Part shown: positions 14,006 to 27,679 of the stretch, one piece after another
Numbering within the stretch: position 1 is the stretch's first letter
Layout: each line of letters opens with the position of its first letter
Source: Chrysomallon squamiferum
Lineage: Eukaryota > Animalia > Mollusca
Reading direction: 5' to 3'
Assembly: GCA_012295275.1 (NCBI GenBank)
Contig: CM022677.1
Location: forward strand, 15,810,001-15,874,000
Length of the DNA: 64,000 nucleotides
The notes under the pieces: model-generated
The model's input: the letters and a program-made list of their open reading frames with translations, nothing else
The model's database searches: none
What the model was told of the DNA's origin: nothing
Translations under genes and position numbers: made by a program

Positions 14006-15049
14006 ATTCTTTTTATAACAGTTATAATTAAGATTACTCACAGCACTCTCAGTGTCTGTTTTATTGGTGGTGAGGCTAAGGAAGATCACTGTTGTGTTAG
14101 AACACACTGCCAACCATGCAGCTCGGAAAGCCTGGGGTCCAAAACTGTTTCCTGATAAATTTAAAACCTAGTTTAAAAAAAAAGAAATATATATATATAT
14201 ATACAAAAATAATAATTAATAATTAATGAAAAGATAGAATACTAAATTATTCAGTAGGTTGTAATATTAAATAAAATAATGAAAAGGTTGATAATATTTA
14301 ATGTGAATATTGTGTAATTCAGTATGTTTATCTTCTAAATAAATAAAAACAAATTAAGAAAAAAAAAAAAAAATTATAGATACATACATAGAGAGAGAGA
14401 GAAGTCAGATAGATTTATAAATAAAAAATAAAAAGAATAATCAACTGTCTACTGTTCAGAGCATAAGAAAGAAAACTAAAAACTTGACAATTAGGAACAA
14501 ATAAGAAATAATATATAAAGACACAGATTGACATCCAAACGAACAGATATGTAAGGTAGAGACATAGGTATATAGACAGGTATACACACAGACAAATAAA
14601 AGAACAGAGAGAGACAGAACTAAAATAAATAAATAGGGAGGCCGGCAGAAAGAGAAAAAGACAGATAGACCAAGACATATTTACTGACTTATTTACCTGA
14701 AATTTTTTAAAAGGTTTTTAACTGACTAAGTGGATGTGACTAAGTGGTAAAGCTTGTGGCAGTTTAAGTCTTGGTCTGGCTGCTTTCAAAAGAAGATTAG
14801 TCAGTCAAATCACATGATCAAACATTTTCTGTTTGCTTTATTTCTTAGATATTATTTTTACTGAAATACCTCTGGCAATGGGTGGTGGTGTTTCTGGTTT
14901 ATTTTCAAGTGTATCTGGATGTTTCTTGGCACAGGAGTTTGAGTTTTCAGTGGTTGGTGTGGTGATGTTAGTTTGTGCTGACTGCTGTTTCTTTTTCAAT
15001 GATGTGAAACCTATGTCAGTTCTGTGAAAAAAAATAAAATAATAAAATA

Positions 15050-16181
15050 AAAAATATATATATATAAACAGAGGGCAGACCTTGAAATTAAGAGAAAAGT
15101 TTAAGTGAATATAAATACAAATATTTATCCATATCATTGGTAACTATTTGAAATACACTAATAGTAACAAACAAGTTATCAGAATAATACTGGTTCTAAA
15201 AAAATCAATAATAATAATAATTTTCAGAAAACAAAATATATTGACAAGTTTACAACTTCATTACTGTTTGGGTTTGTTTGGCAAACACTAGAAATACGAC
15301 ATCATCAATGAAAACAGGTTTTGAATTAGGAAGACAGAATATCTACACTAGTAACAAAAATATTAGTTCTCTGAGATATTACTAGGCAACTTGTTTTATT
15401 AAAACACTAAAAAAAATGTCTGCTCCCCACTGAATAAAAAGAAACCTGAAGAAAAAAAAAAAATAAAAAAAGAATTATAACTAGCTTGTAGAAAAAATTA
15501 ATAATTACAATAATAATAATAACAAATAAATAAATAATAAAATAAAATAATTTGAATTATTAGAATGTAGAAAAATAACTAGAATGCTTGAAATAAACAA
15601 ATAAATAAATAAATAAATAAATACCATAAAAGAATTTAATGGTATTTATTTATTTAAGTAATGTCAGGAAAAAATAAGTAAATAACAAATAATGGTAACA
15701 TATAAGAATACGCAGAAGCTAGGAAATGAAGAATAAGAAATAAAAAAGAATGAAGAAGAAAATTAACAAGAAAAAAATAAAAAAATAAACAATAAAATTC
15801 ATTAAAATAATGTTAAGAATTTATAATATAAAGAAACAACAAAAAAAAAGAATAATAAGAACTACGTACACAAACTGGGAGACTGAAAAATAATAAGTAA
15901 ATTGTATATTACAAAAATCTTGCTTATCATTAAAATAACTGAAAATATATACAGACAAGAAAAACAGACAAGAAGAAAAAGACTTTGGAGAAATTCTAAT
16001 GTAGAAAAATAACAAGAAACAATAATCATGGTAAATAGGTAAAAAAAAAAAAAATAAACAATAAAATAACTTTAAAGAAAATAAAAAAATGAAAAGACAT
16101 AAAAACAAATGAAGAAATATGAATTACACAGGAATAAGAAGAAACCGGAAGAATAAAACATAAGAAGACAGAAGAATTCAG

Positions 16182-16229
<48 letters not shown>

Positions 16230-16449
16230 TATATTTAAAATAAAAAAAATAAATTAAATAAATAAATTATAGAAAAAGAAAAATAATGTCATAAAATAAA
16301 ATATTACTGAAATAGTAACAAGATAAAGAAATAATACAAATTACAGAGTCCAAATGAAAAGAACTTTGAAATAAAAAAGAAAGCTAAATTAAATGTTGAT
16401 GATGATGATGATGATGATTATTATTATTATTATTAGTAGTAGTAGTAGC

Positions 16450-16483
<34 letters not shown>

Positions 16484-17606
16484 CAAAAATAGAAAGAAAA
16501 GAAATTTTATATATATATATATATATTAACAGAAATGCAGACCTTCAAATTAAGAAAAAACATGTCTGTGAATATAAATATAACTGTCATAAAAAATGTC
16601 TCCAAATCATTGGAAACTATTTATAATACACTAATAGTAACAAACAAGTTATCAGAATAATAGTGGTTCTAAAAAATCACTAATAATAATAATTTTCAGA
16701 AAACAGAACATCAACACTAGTAACAGAAATATTAATTCTATGAGATATTACTAGGTAAAAGGTTTTATTAAAACACTGAAACAAAAAAGTCTGCTCCCCA
16801 CTGAATAAAAAGAAACATGAAGAAGAAATATAATAATAAAAAGAATTATAACTAGCTTGTAAAAAAAATAATAATTACAATACATACATATACATACAAT
16901 AATAATAAAAAATAAAAATTCTAATTCTTTAAGTAAAATGGGCAGGAGAACAAAATTCAAACAAAACAAAAAACTTCATTAAAATAAAAATTAAGAATTT
17001 AAAATATGAAGAAACAAAAAGAAAGAATAAAAATAACTATGTACAGAAACTGGGAGACTGAAAAATAAAAAGTAAATTGTATATTTCAAAAATCTTGCTT
17101 GTTAAAATAACTGGAAATGAATACAAACAAGAGGAACACACAAGAAAAAAAGAAGATTATGAAGAAACTACAATGTAGAAAAATAACAAGAAAATCATGG
17201 TAAATAGGTTAAAAAAAATAAACAATAAAATAACTTTAAAGAAAACACAAAAATTAAAACAAATAGAAACAATATGAAGAAATATGAATAAACACAGGAT
17301 AAGAAGAAACTAGAAGAATAAAAGACAAGACGAATTACCCACAAACACATATACACCCACAAACACATATACACCCACACACACACTGATATATAGTTAA
17401 AATACATAAAACAAATAAATTAAATAAATAAATTATAGAAAAAGATCGAAAAATAATAAGATGTCATAAAATATTACTGAAATAGTAACAAGATAAAGAA
17501 ATAATACAAATTACAGAGACCAAATGAAAAAAAAAAATTAAAATAAAAAAGAAAGATAAATTAAATGTTGATGATGATGATGATGATTAGTAGTAGTAGT
17601 AGTAGT
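15050..17606 (+). repeat. Diverged tandem duplication (15050-16480 similar to 16510-17606)
   Basis: Shared blocks in the same order: GCAGACCTT.AAATTAAG, CAAACAAGTTATCAGAATAATA, GTCTGCTCCCCACTGAATAAAAAGAAAC, AAACTGGGAGACTGAAAA, AAATGTTGATGATGATG. Confidence 0.9.
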
Positions 17607-17919
17607 ATCAATATCAAATTTAAATAACAATAATCATAATTATAATAATCATAATGATAATAATAATAATAATAATTATAAATTATTAGAAAATTAGTTT
17701 TTTTATTGAAATATAGATTAGGTAATCTGCGTTCTTCTTTATGTTTGATAACAACAACTCTGTTAAACAGGCAGGTGACAGTCAGTTTAAGAAACAACAA
17801 CAGTATAAACAAATATCATTTTAGATGGTCAGTAGTCAAATATAAAAGAATTGTAATTAGCATGGACCAACAGGAACGACAATAATGTCTGAAAAAAAAA
17901 GAAAAAAAAAAACCAAACA

Positions 17920-18245
17920 TGTAGTACGAAACGGGTACGAGATGGTATGACACCAAAGTTACCAAAAGAAAAGAAAAAAGTTTCTACCTTTGCAGCAGTT
18001 TCTACTCAATAATAGACATCTACGAGCCAAATTTCTCCAAATTACTATGAAGGAGTACGTGTTTAAAAGTTTGTAAACACTGATCGGCTTTCAACGCTGC
18101 CATCTTGGATTTTGATCGGAGGTTTCCGTGAGCTCACGGAAGTTTTTAAATCTCCAAATTCAATTATTTTACATCTGTTTTCCGAACTTTTTATGATTTA
18201 CACTGATAAAGATAAGGATGGCTATTCATATAACCAAACCATCCT
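17920..18245 (-). promoter_or_regulatory. Promoter/first-exon-like CpG-containing element: perfect 18-bp palindrome TTCCGTGAGCTCACGGAA (18124-18141) and YY1/Kozak-like CAAGATGGC; diverged inverted copy at 46950-47320
   Basis: Palindrome and GCCATCTTGG (~18099-18108) seen directly. Reverse-complement homology to 46950-47320 (also seen as ORFs 18112+ and 46905- being alike). Confidence 0.5.
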
Positions 18246-18319
18246 GTCAGGTGCCTCTCTTTTTATCAGCTATTATTCTTACCATCTCAGTGTGTACAAC
18301 CTATATTAGAATATATTAT

Positions 18320-18445
18320 TAATATGTCTATTAATGTCGCCGTCGCTACCAACGTATGGGCCTTGTTTTCAACGTCCGAAGTGAAAAAAGTTTAAGGAAG
18401 TTCATTACTTAGTATTAACAATAAAATATTTGTTGATTATGATTA

Positions 18446-18477
<32 letters not shown>

Positions 18478-19590
18478 ATTATTATTATTATTATTATTAC
18501 TATTATTATTATTATTATTTCTATTATTATTATTATTTGTCAAATATTTTAATTTTTATAGCTCAAAACGATTATTTCAGTTTTGTATCCATTGTAAGTC
18601 TGTACTATTTATTTATCAGATGTTTATGGAATTAGCTCTAATATATTTATATATTGAAATACATAATTAGTATTATGAAATAATAAATGCGCGGGCTCTT
18701 CATGTTTAAGATATTTCTTGATTCTCTTCGGTGGCTGAGTAGACTTTCTCAGCGGGCGCATTACATATTAAAATAGATTATTGTAATTTCTATTAATGTC
18801 GCCGACGTTCCCGTTGTACGGTGATTGTTCCTAACGTTACTGGTGTACTCCTTTTCTTTTTCTATTCGCTGTTATTCTTATTGTCTGACCGTGCCCGTTC
18901 TATGTTAAAATTTGTTATTGTGATTTCTATTAATATCGCAGTCATTGCCGTCTTTCCAGCATTGTTCTTAACGTCTTGGCGTACGCCTTGTTATTCTTTT
19001 TTCGCTTTTTATTCGGTGTTATTCTTATTTTCTCAGCGTTCTTGGTGTACTTTCCACTATCCTTTTTCTTCCTATTAATTCTAATTCATACTTTCCTAAC
19101 GTTCAAATCCTATTCTTTAATGTATTATTACTATTTCTATTAATATCACCACCTTTGCCGTCGTAACGGCCTTGTTCTTAGCTTTCTTGGAGTATTGCTC
19201 GTTATTCTTTAGCGCATGTTACTAATTATTCCTCATACTTTCTGAGCAGGCGCATTACCTTTTAAAATATAGTAATTGTCGCCGTCGTTGCCGGGGTACG
19301 GGCGATGTTCCTGACGTTATTGATGTACTCCTTTTCGGTTTTTTATTCGCTGTTATTCTTATTGTCTCGCCGTGCCTGTATATATTAAAATATATCATTA
19401 TTATCTTTATTAATGTCGTCATCATTACCGTTGTAACGGCGTTACTTCATACTATTAGTTTGCCTTTTATTAAGTATTGCAATTAGTGTCCACATCCTAC
19501 GTTAAAAACTATCATTACTCTTTCTATTAATGAGGCCGTCATTGCCGTCGTTCCAGCATTGTTCTTAGCGTCTTGATTTACACCTGATTA
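18320..19590 (+). repeat. CpG-rich diverged satellite, ~120-200 bp unit (CTATTAATGTCGCCGTCGTTGCCGTCGTACCGGCATTGTTCTTAACG...)
   Basis: Units near 18328, 18790, 18928, 19138, 19275, 19408 and 19525. Confidence 0.85.
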
Positions 19591-19946
19591 TTGGGCGGAT
19601 GGGGAAACGGATCATTGAAAGACGACATATATATATGGAAACAGAGATAGATAGATAGATAGATATAAAATGAAAAAGGCTGATATGACCAAGTCTAACC
19701 TAATATCATTCTAATCCCGCGCCCACTCAACTTTTCCTTTATAATCTCATAGAGATTTAGAAAAGATTATTAATTTGTACGTTTCTCTGTATTCTTACAT
19801 TCTGCTAAAACGCGAGAAGTCGCAATATTAACATCATAAATTATATTACACTATAGATTAAAATGATAATTTCAAGTAAGAAATCGATTACAGAGAATAC
19901 CTGTATATTAGGAAATATAGAGCGTACTTTCAATTTATTATTATTA

Positions 19947-19992
<46 letters not shown>

Positions 19993-21594
19993 TATAAATA
20001 ACAGAAGAAAACTTAAATGATATTCCGTTATGTAAACAAAGCTGTTTTGTAAAACGAGCGCAGTTTACACTATAAATCATACAAAATAATTATAAACAAG
20101 TAAAAATAAAGAGTTATTATTAATTAAGGATACCGCTGTATACACGAATAAATCATATAACATCACATAATTATAAACAAGAAAAAATAAGGTTTTACTT
20201 AAGGATACCGCTACTTACACTGATAATTTTACCAGACTAAGAACGATATTTCATTGGAAACTTTCGAGGTTATAGTAAAAATGTGACAACGTGTGATATT
20301 AATGTGATATTTCCTCATCGGAATTTATGTTGTGTTTACTACTAAGGCAGAATAATTTCTACCCAGCAAAAATAACGTAGTGTTTTTGTTAAGACAATAC
20401 ACTATTTACTCTGATAATTTTCACTGCTTAATTTTATATATATATATATATATATATTACTTTACATCTCACCTAGAACTTAAAAGATGAATATCACTTC
20501 ATATATAATTAATTATTTGCTAATATCTGACAAAATAATCTCAGCTTTTCAATATACACCTGTCTAGAAAAAGAAAATCAATATTTAATTATCAATCCGA
20601 GGTACAGCTAAAAAATAATCCTGAGTTTGTTATTAACAGAGAATTGGAATCTGGAAGGCCTGTTTATTTCTGAATTTCTCAACTATCTTCTTGAATGAGA
20701 TCACATTCAGTTAGTTATACGACAAATTATACTGAAAATTACAGTTATGATTTCACTGTGAACCTTCAGAAATATAGAGGGAACTTCAGTGTTATAATGT
20801 TTTTATTAATAACAGTAGCTTTACAAAAATGTCAAAAATATATCGCGAAATAAAGAGGGCGCATCTAGTGTGACATTTTACAAACACCAGAACATGTTTC
20901 ACTGAAAAAGTAGGATTAACTTCACACGGCGTTATGAAAACAACACTTACAATTTTACCACCTCAGTCACTATCTGTATTAGATGTTATTAGTTTCTCAA
21001 CAGAGGTGTAGCGGTAATATTAACACTTTGTTTTGGAAAATGCAGCGGCTGTTCTTTTTAAAAAACAATGTTAGAGATTATACATAACAAAAGAACTTTG
21101 TGTAACTAACTTGAGATACCGCTACGAAATGTCCGTTTTAGTAAAAGTAACGTGATATTTTACTTTAATAATTCTAAATCGTATAACAGAAAGGTGTAAA
21201 ATTGGCAGCTGTAAGTTATAATTCTATGGCGTTATGAAAATGTAAATGTCAGATCTTGTTAACACTCTACAGGTTAAATTTAAAAATGTGAGAGTTAATT
21301 CCCTGGACTCACGACAGTTTGTTCTGATTAGCTCAGAACAAACAAGATTAACACGTTATTTTATTACGCGAATTTTATTTTTTTCTTTACATTCATTAAA
21401 AAGTGTACATTAGCGGAAGTTGTATATATTTCACTATTCTGATTACACCATAACTTCTATATATCCGCTCCGCAGTAATTATCAGTATGTCAGTGAAATA
21501 GCATCATATTTGTCCAAATCCTTTCTATATGGGATATTAAAATTATCGATTATATTATTGAACAAATAATCTGGAATTTCATTCTAGGTTAACT

Positions 21595-22130
21595 TACTTA
21601 AAAAAATCTGATATATTCTTAATTACATAATTAGATAAATAAATTTTAGATTAATCATGTACTTTCATGTAGGGAGAGATGTAAATTGTGTCGCGGAATG
21701 TCATGTTACTGCGGTCATGAAACAAAGTATCACATTGTGACACTGAAAGGTGCAGAGTTAATTTTCAGTAATATCAATACAATAATAAATACAGTATTCA
21801 TCTAGCACATCACGCGTTTCTGTGTAGTCTTATTATTGTTAATAATAAAATAACTCAGCGTATGATAAGGACATTGATTTTTGGAGGATTTTAGATGTGG
21901 AGCGGATATATTAAACTTCTATCTTACGTTAACTTTACAAAATTATTCAAAACATGAAATTATCAAAATATAACGTTAATGTCGTTTATAATAAAATATT
22001 TCTTTTTTCTGATCCCTGAAATTCTTTTTGATCAGAGGACTGGTACATTCATAATAAACATTAAATTTTTTATCTCAATCTCAGTTTTGTCGTACAAACG
22101 ACCGTGATGTTAGCTGAAAGCGTTTTTCTT
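21595..22130 (+). repeat. Dispersed direct repeat, second copy at 59870-60345
   Basis: Shared GAGAGATGTAAATTGTGTCGCGGAATGTCATGTTACTGCGGTCAT...GACACTGAAAGGTGCAGAGTTAATTTTC...GATCAGAGGACTGGTA. Confidence 0.9.
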
Positions 22131-22379
22131 TGAGTTATTTTTTCTTTTGTTTGTATGTAAATCAGAAAAAAAGCAGCGATCATTTCAGTTACATACACTC
22201 AGTGATATTTACAGGTGCTGCTTAACATCAAGAAATACTGAGAGATTTTCTTTTATTTGTTAATTATCATATTAGAGCTTAATCTAATTCTCGTTTTTTT
22301 TCTCTTTTTTTTTGTTGTTGTTTGTTAGGGTTTTTCTTTTCTTTTCTTTTTTTTTTTTTTTCATACAATATCGTACATT

Positions 22380-22660
22380 CTGAGCTGGCGCATCACGTAT
22401 TAAAATATATTATTGTAATTTCTATTAACGTCGCCGTCGTTGCCTTCGTACCGGCATTGTTCCTAACGTAGTTATTAGTATAGTTCTCATTATTATTCTT
22501 TGCATTTTATCACCTATTATTCTTATTTCTGAGCGTGCGCATCCTGTATTAAAATATATTATTAAACACATCTTTATTATTAGTGTTAACGCTGGAGACG
22601 CTGCTGTCGAAACCCGCGTTGTCCTTCACGGCTTGGTGGACTTCTCATTATTCTTACTTT
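22380..22660 (+). repeat. Outlying copies of the 18.3-19.6 kb CpG-rich satellite
   Basis: CTATTAACGTCGCCGTCGTTGCCTTCGTACCGGCATTGTTCCTAACG at ~22422. Confidence 0.85.
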
Positions 22661-22869
22661 CTTACAGTTTCGTCTGTCTTTAATTTGTTTTTGTTTTTTT
22701 ATTGTTGATATTATTGCTAACATTGTTATTATTGATATTATAGTACATAATTATTACTATTTTTATATTGTTGTGGTTGTTAATATTACTGTTATAACTT
22801 GCTTTTGCTGTTGGTTAACTTTGCTTTACGTAAAGTTTTTAATTTTGTGTTGAGAGAAGAAAGCAAGTT

Positions 22870-22902
<33 letters not shown>

Positions 22903-23869
22903 CAAAGATACAGACAGATAGAGCAGAAAATTCAAATAATCTTATAGACCTTCTAATTAATATACTTATGAATTTATCCATTTAAATAAATTTACTTAAT
23001 ATAATAACAGAAGAAATTATGATTATTAAGTACGTTATTTGGGTTAATATATCAAAACAATATAAATAAGAATTATCCTCATCACAATAGAAATTTGTTT
23101 CTCCATTATGATAATGCTAGCTAAAATTTTATAACTGGAAACAAAATAATTTATAATATTTATTCAACGAAAATACTTTTTCATATGAAAAATATAATTT
23201 TAGGAAAACTTCTAAAAATTTTAAGATTTCTGATTTAACTGATAAAAAAATAATAATAAAATATACAACATTAAATAAAAAAGAATATGAAGACATTTGT
23301 TTACAAAAAATGTTTTAAATTAATATATAATTTGACAGAAAAAGTAACCTGCAAATTACGAATTAAGTAAATTTCTAATTTCTGAGTTTATGTTCCTAAC
23401 AACAAATACATGCATATGTAGGTTTACACATTTCCTTCCATTTTGTATTTTATTAACATATTTTTATTGGGTAAATATTTACCACAAGTCTTGGTATTTT
23501 ATATTTGGATTACATGATTAAGCAGATTATTCTTTCAGAAAAACAACAACAAAAAAACCCACTTAAAAACATGAAACAAGAAATATATTTATGAAATAAT
23601 AATATAAAACAAATAAAAAGTCTTCCTTGAAATGAACACTTTTTATTATAAAACTTTTTTTCTTCCTTTTTTTAACCAGTAACAAATGATTTCTAAGGTC
23701 AGTCATATTCATCTTCTTTTCATATTTGTATCATAGGAATTAATCTCATATTTTTCACCACTGTTTGAAATACACTTTGAAATAATTATCGTTTTCCCTA
23801 TCATGTATTGTCTGAATGTTTTTAAGTTTCTCACTCATTAGCATCATTTGAAATATTTTTTCTTGTTTA

Positions 23870-26800
23870 AGACTGCTGCAGACTTGACTGTACTTGGTGC
23901 TGTGTCTGGTCAAACATTTTTCTCACTGCTGTGACTGACTGAAAAAAGAGGCAGAACTGAATCCAGCATCTGTTTCATCTGAATCAGTCTGGCATCAACT
24001 AGCAAAACTAGCAAAAACTCAAATCTTCATCAAACTTGGCCACAGATTTTAATTACTGCTTTCACATGTCTGTGCACTGAACTCCATCAAACCATCCTAT
24101 AAATAATAATAAAAATAATAATAATAATAATAAGAAGAAGAAGAACAACAACAACAACAACGGTAATAATTATGATATTAGCAGCATGAATAACAATAGT
24201 GAAAATATCTACTGTTTTAATACTAATACTAATAATTTTTATTACAATAAAGTAACACACTCTATACATATACTTGCTGTCAGGGCTAATTAATTTACTG
24301 CTTCAAAACTTACTTATCTATATTTTGCATGAATTTAATTGAAAATATTAAGTAGCTATTGTTTATTGAAATGGGTAGACTTTTTTTCAAAAATCTCTTA
24401 TTAAGAAATATGTAGAAATCTGACTTCCACAGTTACATCAATGACACATGAGAGACAGACTTTCACTGGAATTGTTTCATTCAGGATGATATTTCTACCA
24501 CCTGAATCAAAGCGTATAATTACTTGCTGTCTACCATGTCAAGTCTACTATTTCAAATTAGTGGAACCTCAAGTCTCAGATTCTAGGTTGCTTAGGTTTG
24601 TAAATTGTAATCTTTGTTGTAGAGGTATCATGTTATTTATCATATTTATAAAAAATGAATTTATGTAGCTATTCATGATCTTGCATTCGACCAGCTAGTT
24701 GTAACCAGTTTTCAAATGCAGTACTTGGTCACAACCACAAACCTCTATCAATTAACTGAACAGTGTAAAAAGGAAATGTCTAAAATTGATGTAACTGGAA
24801 CAATTAGAAGATTATTTTTGTTTGTGATTCAATTATTTAGACACTTGAGAACACCAATAAAATACTTTCCTTTCCAGTGAATTATTAATAAATTTTATTT
24901 AAGGGAAATAAATGAAGTTCCATAAGCCTACTGCAAAATGTGGTCACATGGTCACTGAATAAAAATGGAGGCAAAATGTATTTCCAAGAGATAATATAAA
25001 AGATTAAAAACAAATGTAGACTAACTTTAGTAGAAAACAGTGATTATTTCACATATCACCAGACTGCATGAACCATGTGTGTGTGTGTGAAATACTAACA
25101 GTCTGCTGGATTCTGTTATCTGCAACCTGTTGATGAGTCCTTCCATCAACACTCTACCAGTCAAAGTTTCTCTTGTGAGATCTCATGTATCAAAGTAATA
25201 CAAAAACTAGACTGAGCAGCCACACCAACAGTGACACCTGTAAATATTAACAGTAAAATAAATTTCAAATTTAAATTCTTCTAAACACACACCCACACCC
25301 ACATACACACACCTCACAGAATGAAAACAAAAGTGCAACAGAAAATATTTGTTTTTAGAATCTGATGTAGTAAACAAATATTTGTGACCATCCAGCACAA
25401 AATGGGTTCCTTTCATAAAGTTTACATTTTATGTTTTTAACTTTTCTAGATGAGCTTTGTCTTAGCAGGTGAAAATTATATAAAAATTAAAATGTAGTTC
25501 CTGAGATATTAGTGATTGAACATTCTAACTTTTAAAGACAATGATGATTGTTTAAACATTTTCCATACCAACAACTATTCCATATTAAAAGATTCATTAA
25601 AGAATGTCCTGATGTTTGAAGACAGTGTCTAGTTTGTTTTTGTACATCAGTTTATTTTCAAAGAAGAAATTCCCAAAATATAAATTTTTGACTGAATGAA
25701 TTAAACTAGAAATACCTGATAAACAGTAATAATTGAATATTCATTAAACAACATTAAAAACATAAAATTATAAAATGAGATGTTGGTTGAGAACAAAAGA
25801 TATCACCGCTATGTAAAAAGTCTTCAGCTGTATTTTTCTGTATTTTTTATCACACATTAAAACATTTCCGTATACATAAAATAAGCTCATATTAATGCTT
25901 CAACATTTTCAGCATTATAATCATTTAAAATATTTTCTTATTATGCATAATTCCATAATTACAAATATGTTCTTGTAGCTGAAAGTTAGTTTGGAAAATG
26001 TGTGCACTCTTTTGACTTCTTTACATCGTGCTGGTATTGAGGAATGAGAGGAAGTCTGTCATACAATCTACAGTTTACTGCCCTTTATCTTCATTTCATT
26101 ACTGAAACTACACAATGTGATTTCTGACTCATATCATGCTGGCTAGTCACATTTGATGTTTTTTAAAAATTAACATACTATTGTACTATTTAATTTCTTA
26201 TTATTTTAAAAATTATTATTACAATAAATAATCGAAAGATGTGCTAATAAAAAGAACTGTCAGTGTGTAAAATAAAGTTTAAGTTTGTGAATTAATAAAA
26301 CAAAGAAACAAAACTCAGATGAACTGGTCACCTGTAGACTGCACACACAACACACCAGATCTGCATGTCAGAGTACAAGTCTGGAAAATTCTCCCTCATG
26401 TTCTACCATTAGCACTTGTGTGACCTTTTTCTCTTTTCTAAAAGTGTGAAAATGTTTTGAGATAAATTCCTTTACCATGATTAACACATTGTTTTTATTA
26501 TGTACAATATTATAATTTAGAACATTCACTTTTCTTTTGAAAACCAAGTTACTGTCACAAACACAATTAAAAACTAATTCTTTGCTTGGATATGTATACC
26601 ATTTTAAATGAGATAATAAGAATAACAAAAAAATAATAAAAATAAATAGCCATCTATAATATTTTATTTTAAAACTATTTAAAAATCTGTTTTTACAAAA
26701 TACAACATTCATAAATGTTGTGTCAGCAGATGAATTGCTGCTATCATTTTACTATTACTGTTATCTTTGTCAGCAGAATAACATTAAAACTATTTTTCTC

Positions 26801-27679
26801 AAGAATCTAAATCAAATACAACAAGGTGTAACAAAGTACCTGATGTAAATGAAGATTTTATAACAGAGCTGGGATCCTTCCTCCAGTTTGTTCAGATTGT
26901 AGTCAGCCAATGTTTCACCAGAAATCTTCACAGTCAGGTAGACTTCTATTGTCTCATACCAGAGAACTGTGTGAAATTACAAAAATATGTGATATACTGA
27001 AATTTAATAAACAATTATATTTAGCCATCATCATAGAAGCCATAAAACAAATATTTATAATAATAACAATAATAAAATATAAATAACAATAATGATGATG
27101 ATGATTAAAAACAGATAAATAAGTTATAATAATAATAATGATGACAGTAACAAGAAAAACAATAAACTGCAATCATAAATAAATAACTAATCCATTTAAT
27201 GAAGGACCCTGTCTAATAATAAAGGTTATTTCATGATTTTATCTTCTCATTTTTCATTATTTTCCCCATTCCTTGACTGTTGAAGACTACTTAATTACTG
27301 CATAAATACATTAAATTCCTTATAAATGTTACACTAAAACTTTTGCCACAAACCAGAGGAAAGTGATTTCAGCTTTTTTTTTCAGATAATCCTAACAGGT
27401 TCCTTCTTGATAAAACAAAATTGGCACCTATGAAAAGAAAAAAAATCAGAAAAAAAAATGTTTACCTGATCATTCTTTGAAGCTAAACAACATTTATAAT
27501 TAAAATAAACCATATATCTGTGATACTTAAGGATTGTCATTCTTATAAACTAAATAAAAAAAACAAAAACAACTAACCTCTGAATCCAGTGAAAATGCAG
27601 GTGACATCACATCACCAAAAGCAGATCAAAATGCTGAAGAAGGATTTCAACTTTCAGCAACAAGCAGTCACAAATATTT
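23870..27679 (-). pseudogene. Decayed exons of a probable single-pass membrane protein (27679-27578, 26966-26840, ~26425-26331, 25237-25100, ~24097-23870)
   Basis: AG/GT-bounded islands richer in GC. Open exon LWYETIEVYLTVKISGETLADYNLNKLEEGSQLCYKSSFTS; TM-like GVTVGVAA/LVFVLL*YMRSHKR followed by basic residues; a Cys-rich exon. Family not identified. Confidence 0.4.

Larger units (their letters stand above)
3710..15021 (-). pseudogene. Degenerate multi-exon ribonuclease-inhibitor-like LRR gene (exons 15021-14697, 14151-14042, 12243-12105, 6005-5875, 3740-3710), interrupted by CAMSAP-derived segments, a satellite and a piggyBac fossil
   Basis: Canonical AG/GT boundaries. Translation LSQLKTF*KISG|NSFGPQAFRAAWLAVCSNTTVIFLSLTTNKTDTESA and SSLQELTLNSSCL fits the LRR_RI consensus (LxLSGNxIGxxGxxAL...NxTLxxLxLxxN). 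Open exon KLNQLVKDKNIQEIVDKFKAELTLWNKELLESPVELKYLVLSSR|ILDNRFKLP*. In-frame stops present. Joining all exons into one gene is inference. Confidence 0.6.

Noticed and set aside
20628-20670. Peptidase C10-like motif VINRELESGRPVYF
   Set aside because: Isolated short match followed by a stop, with no catalytic residues or flanking similarity.
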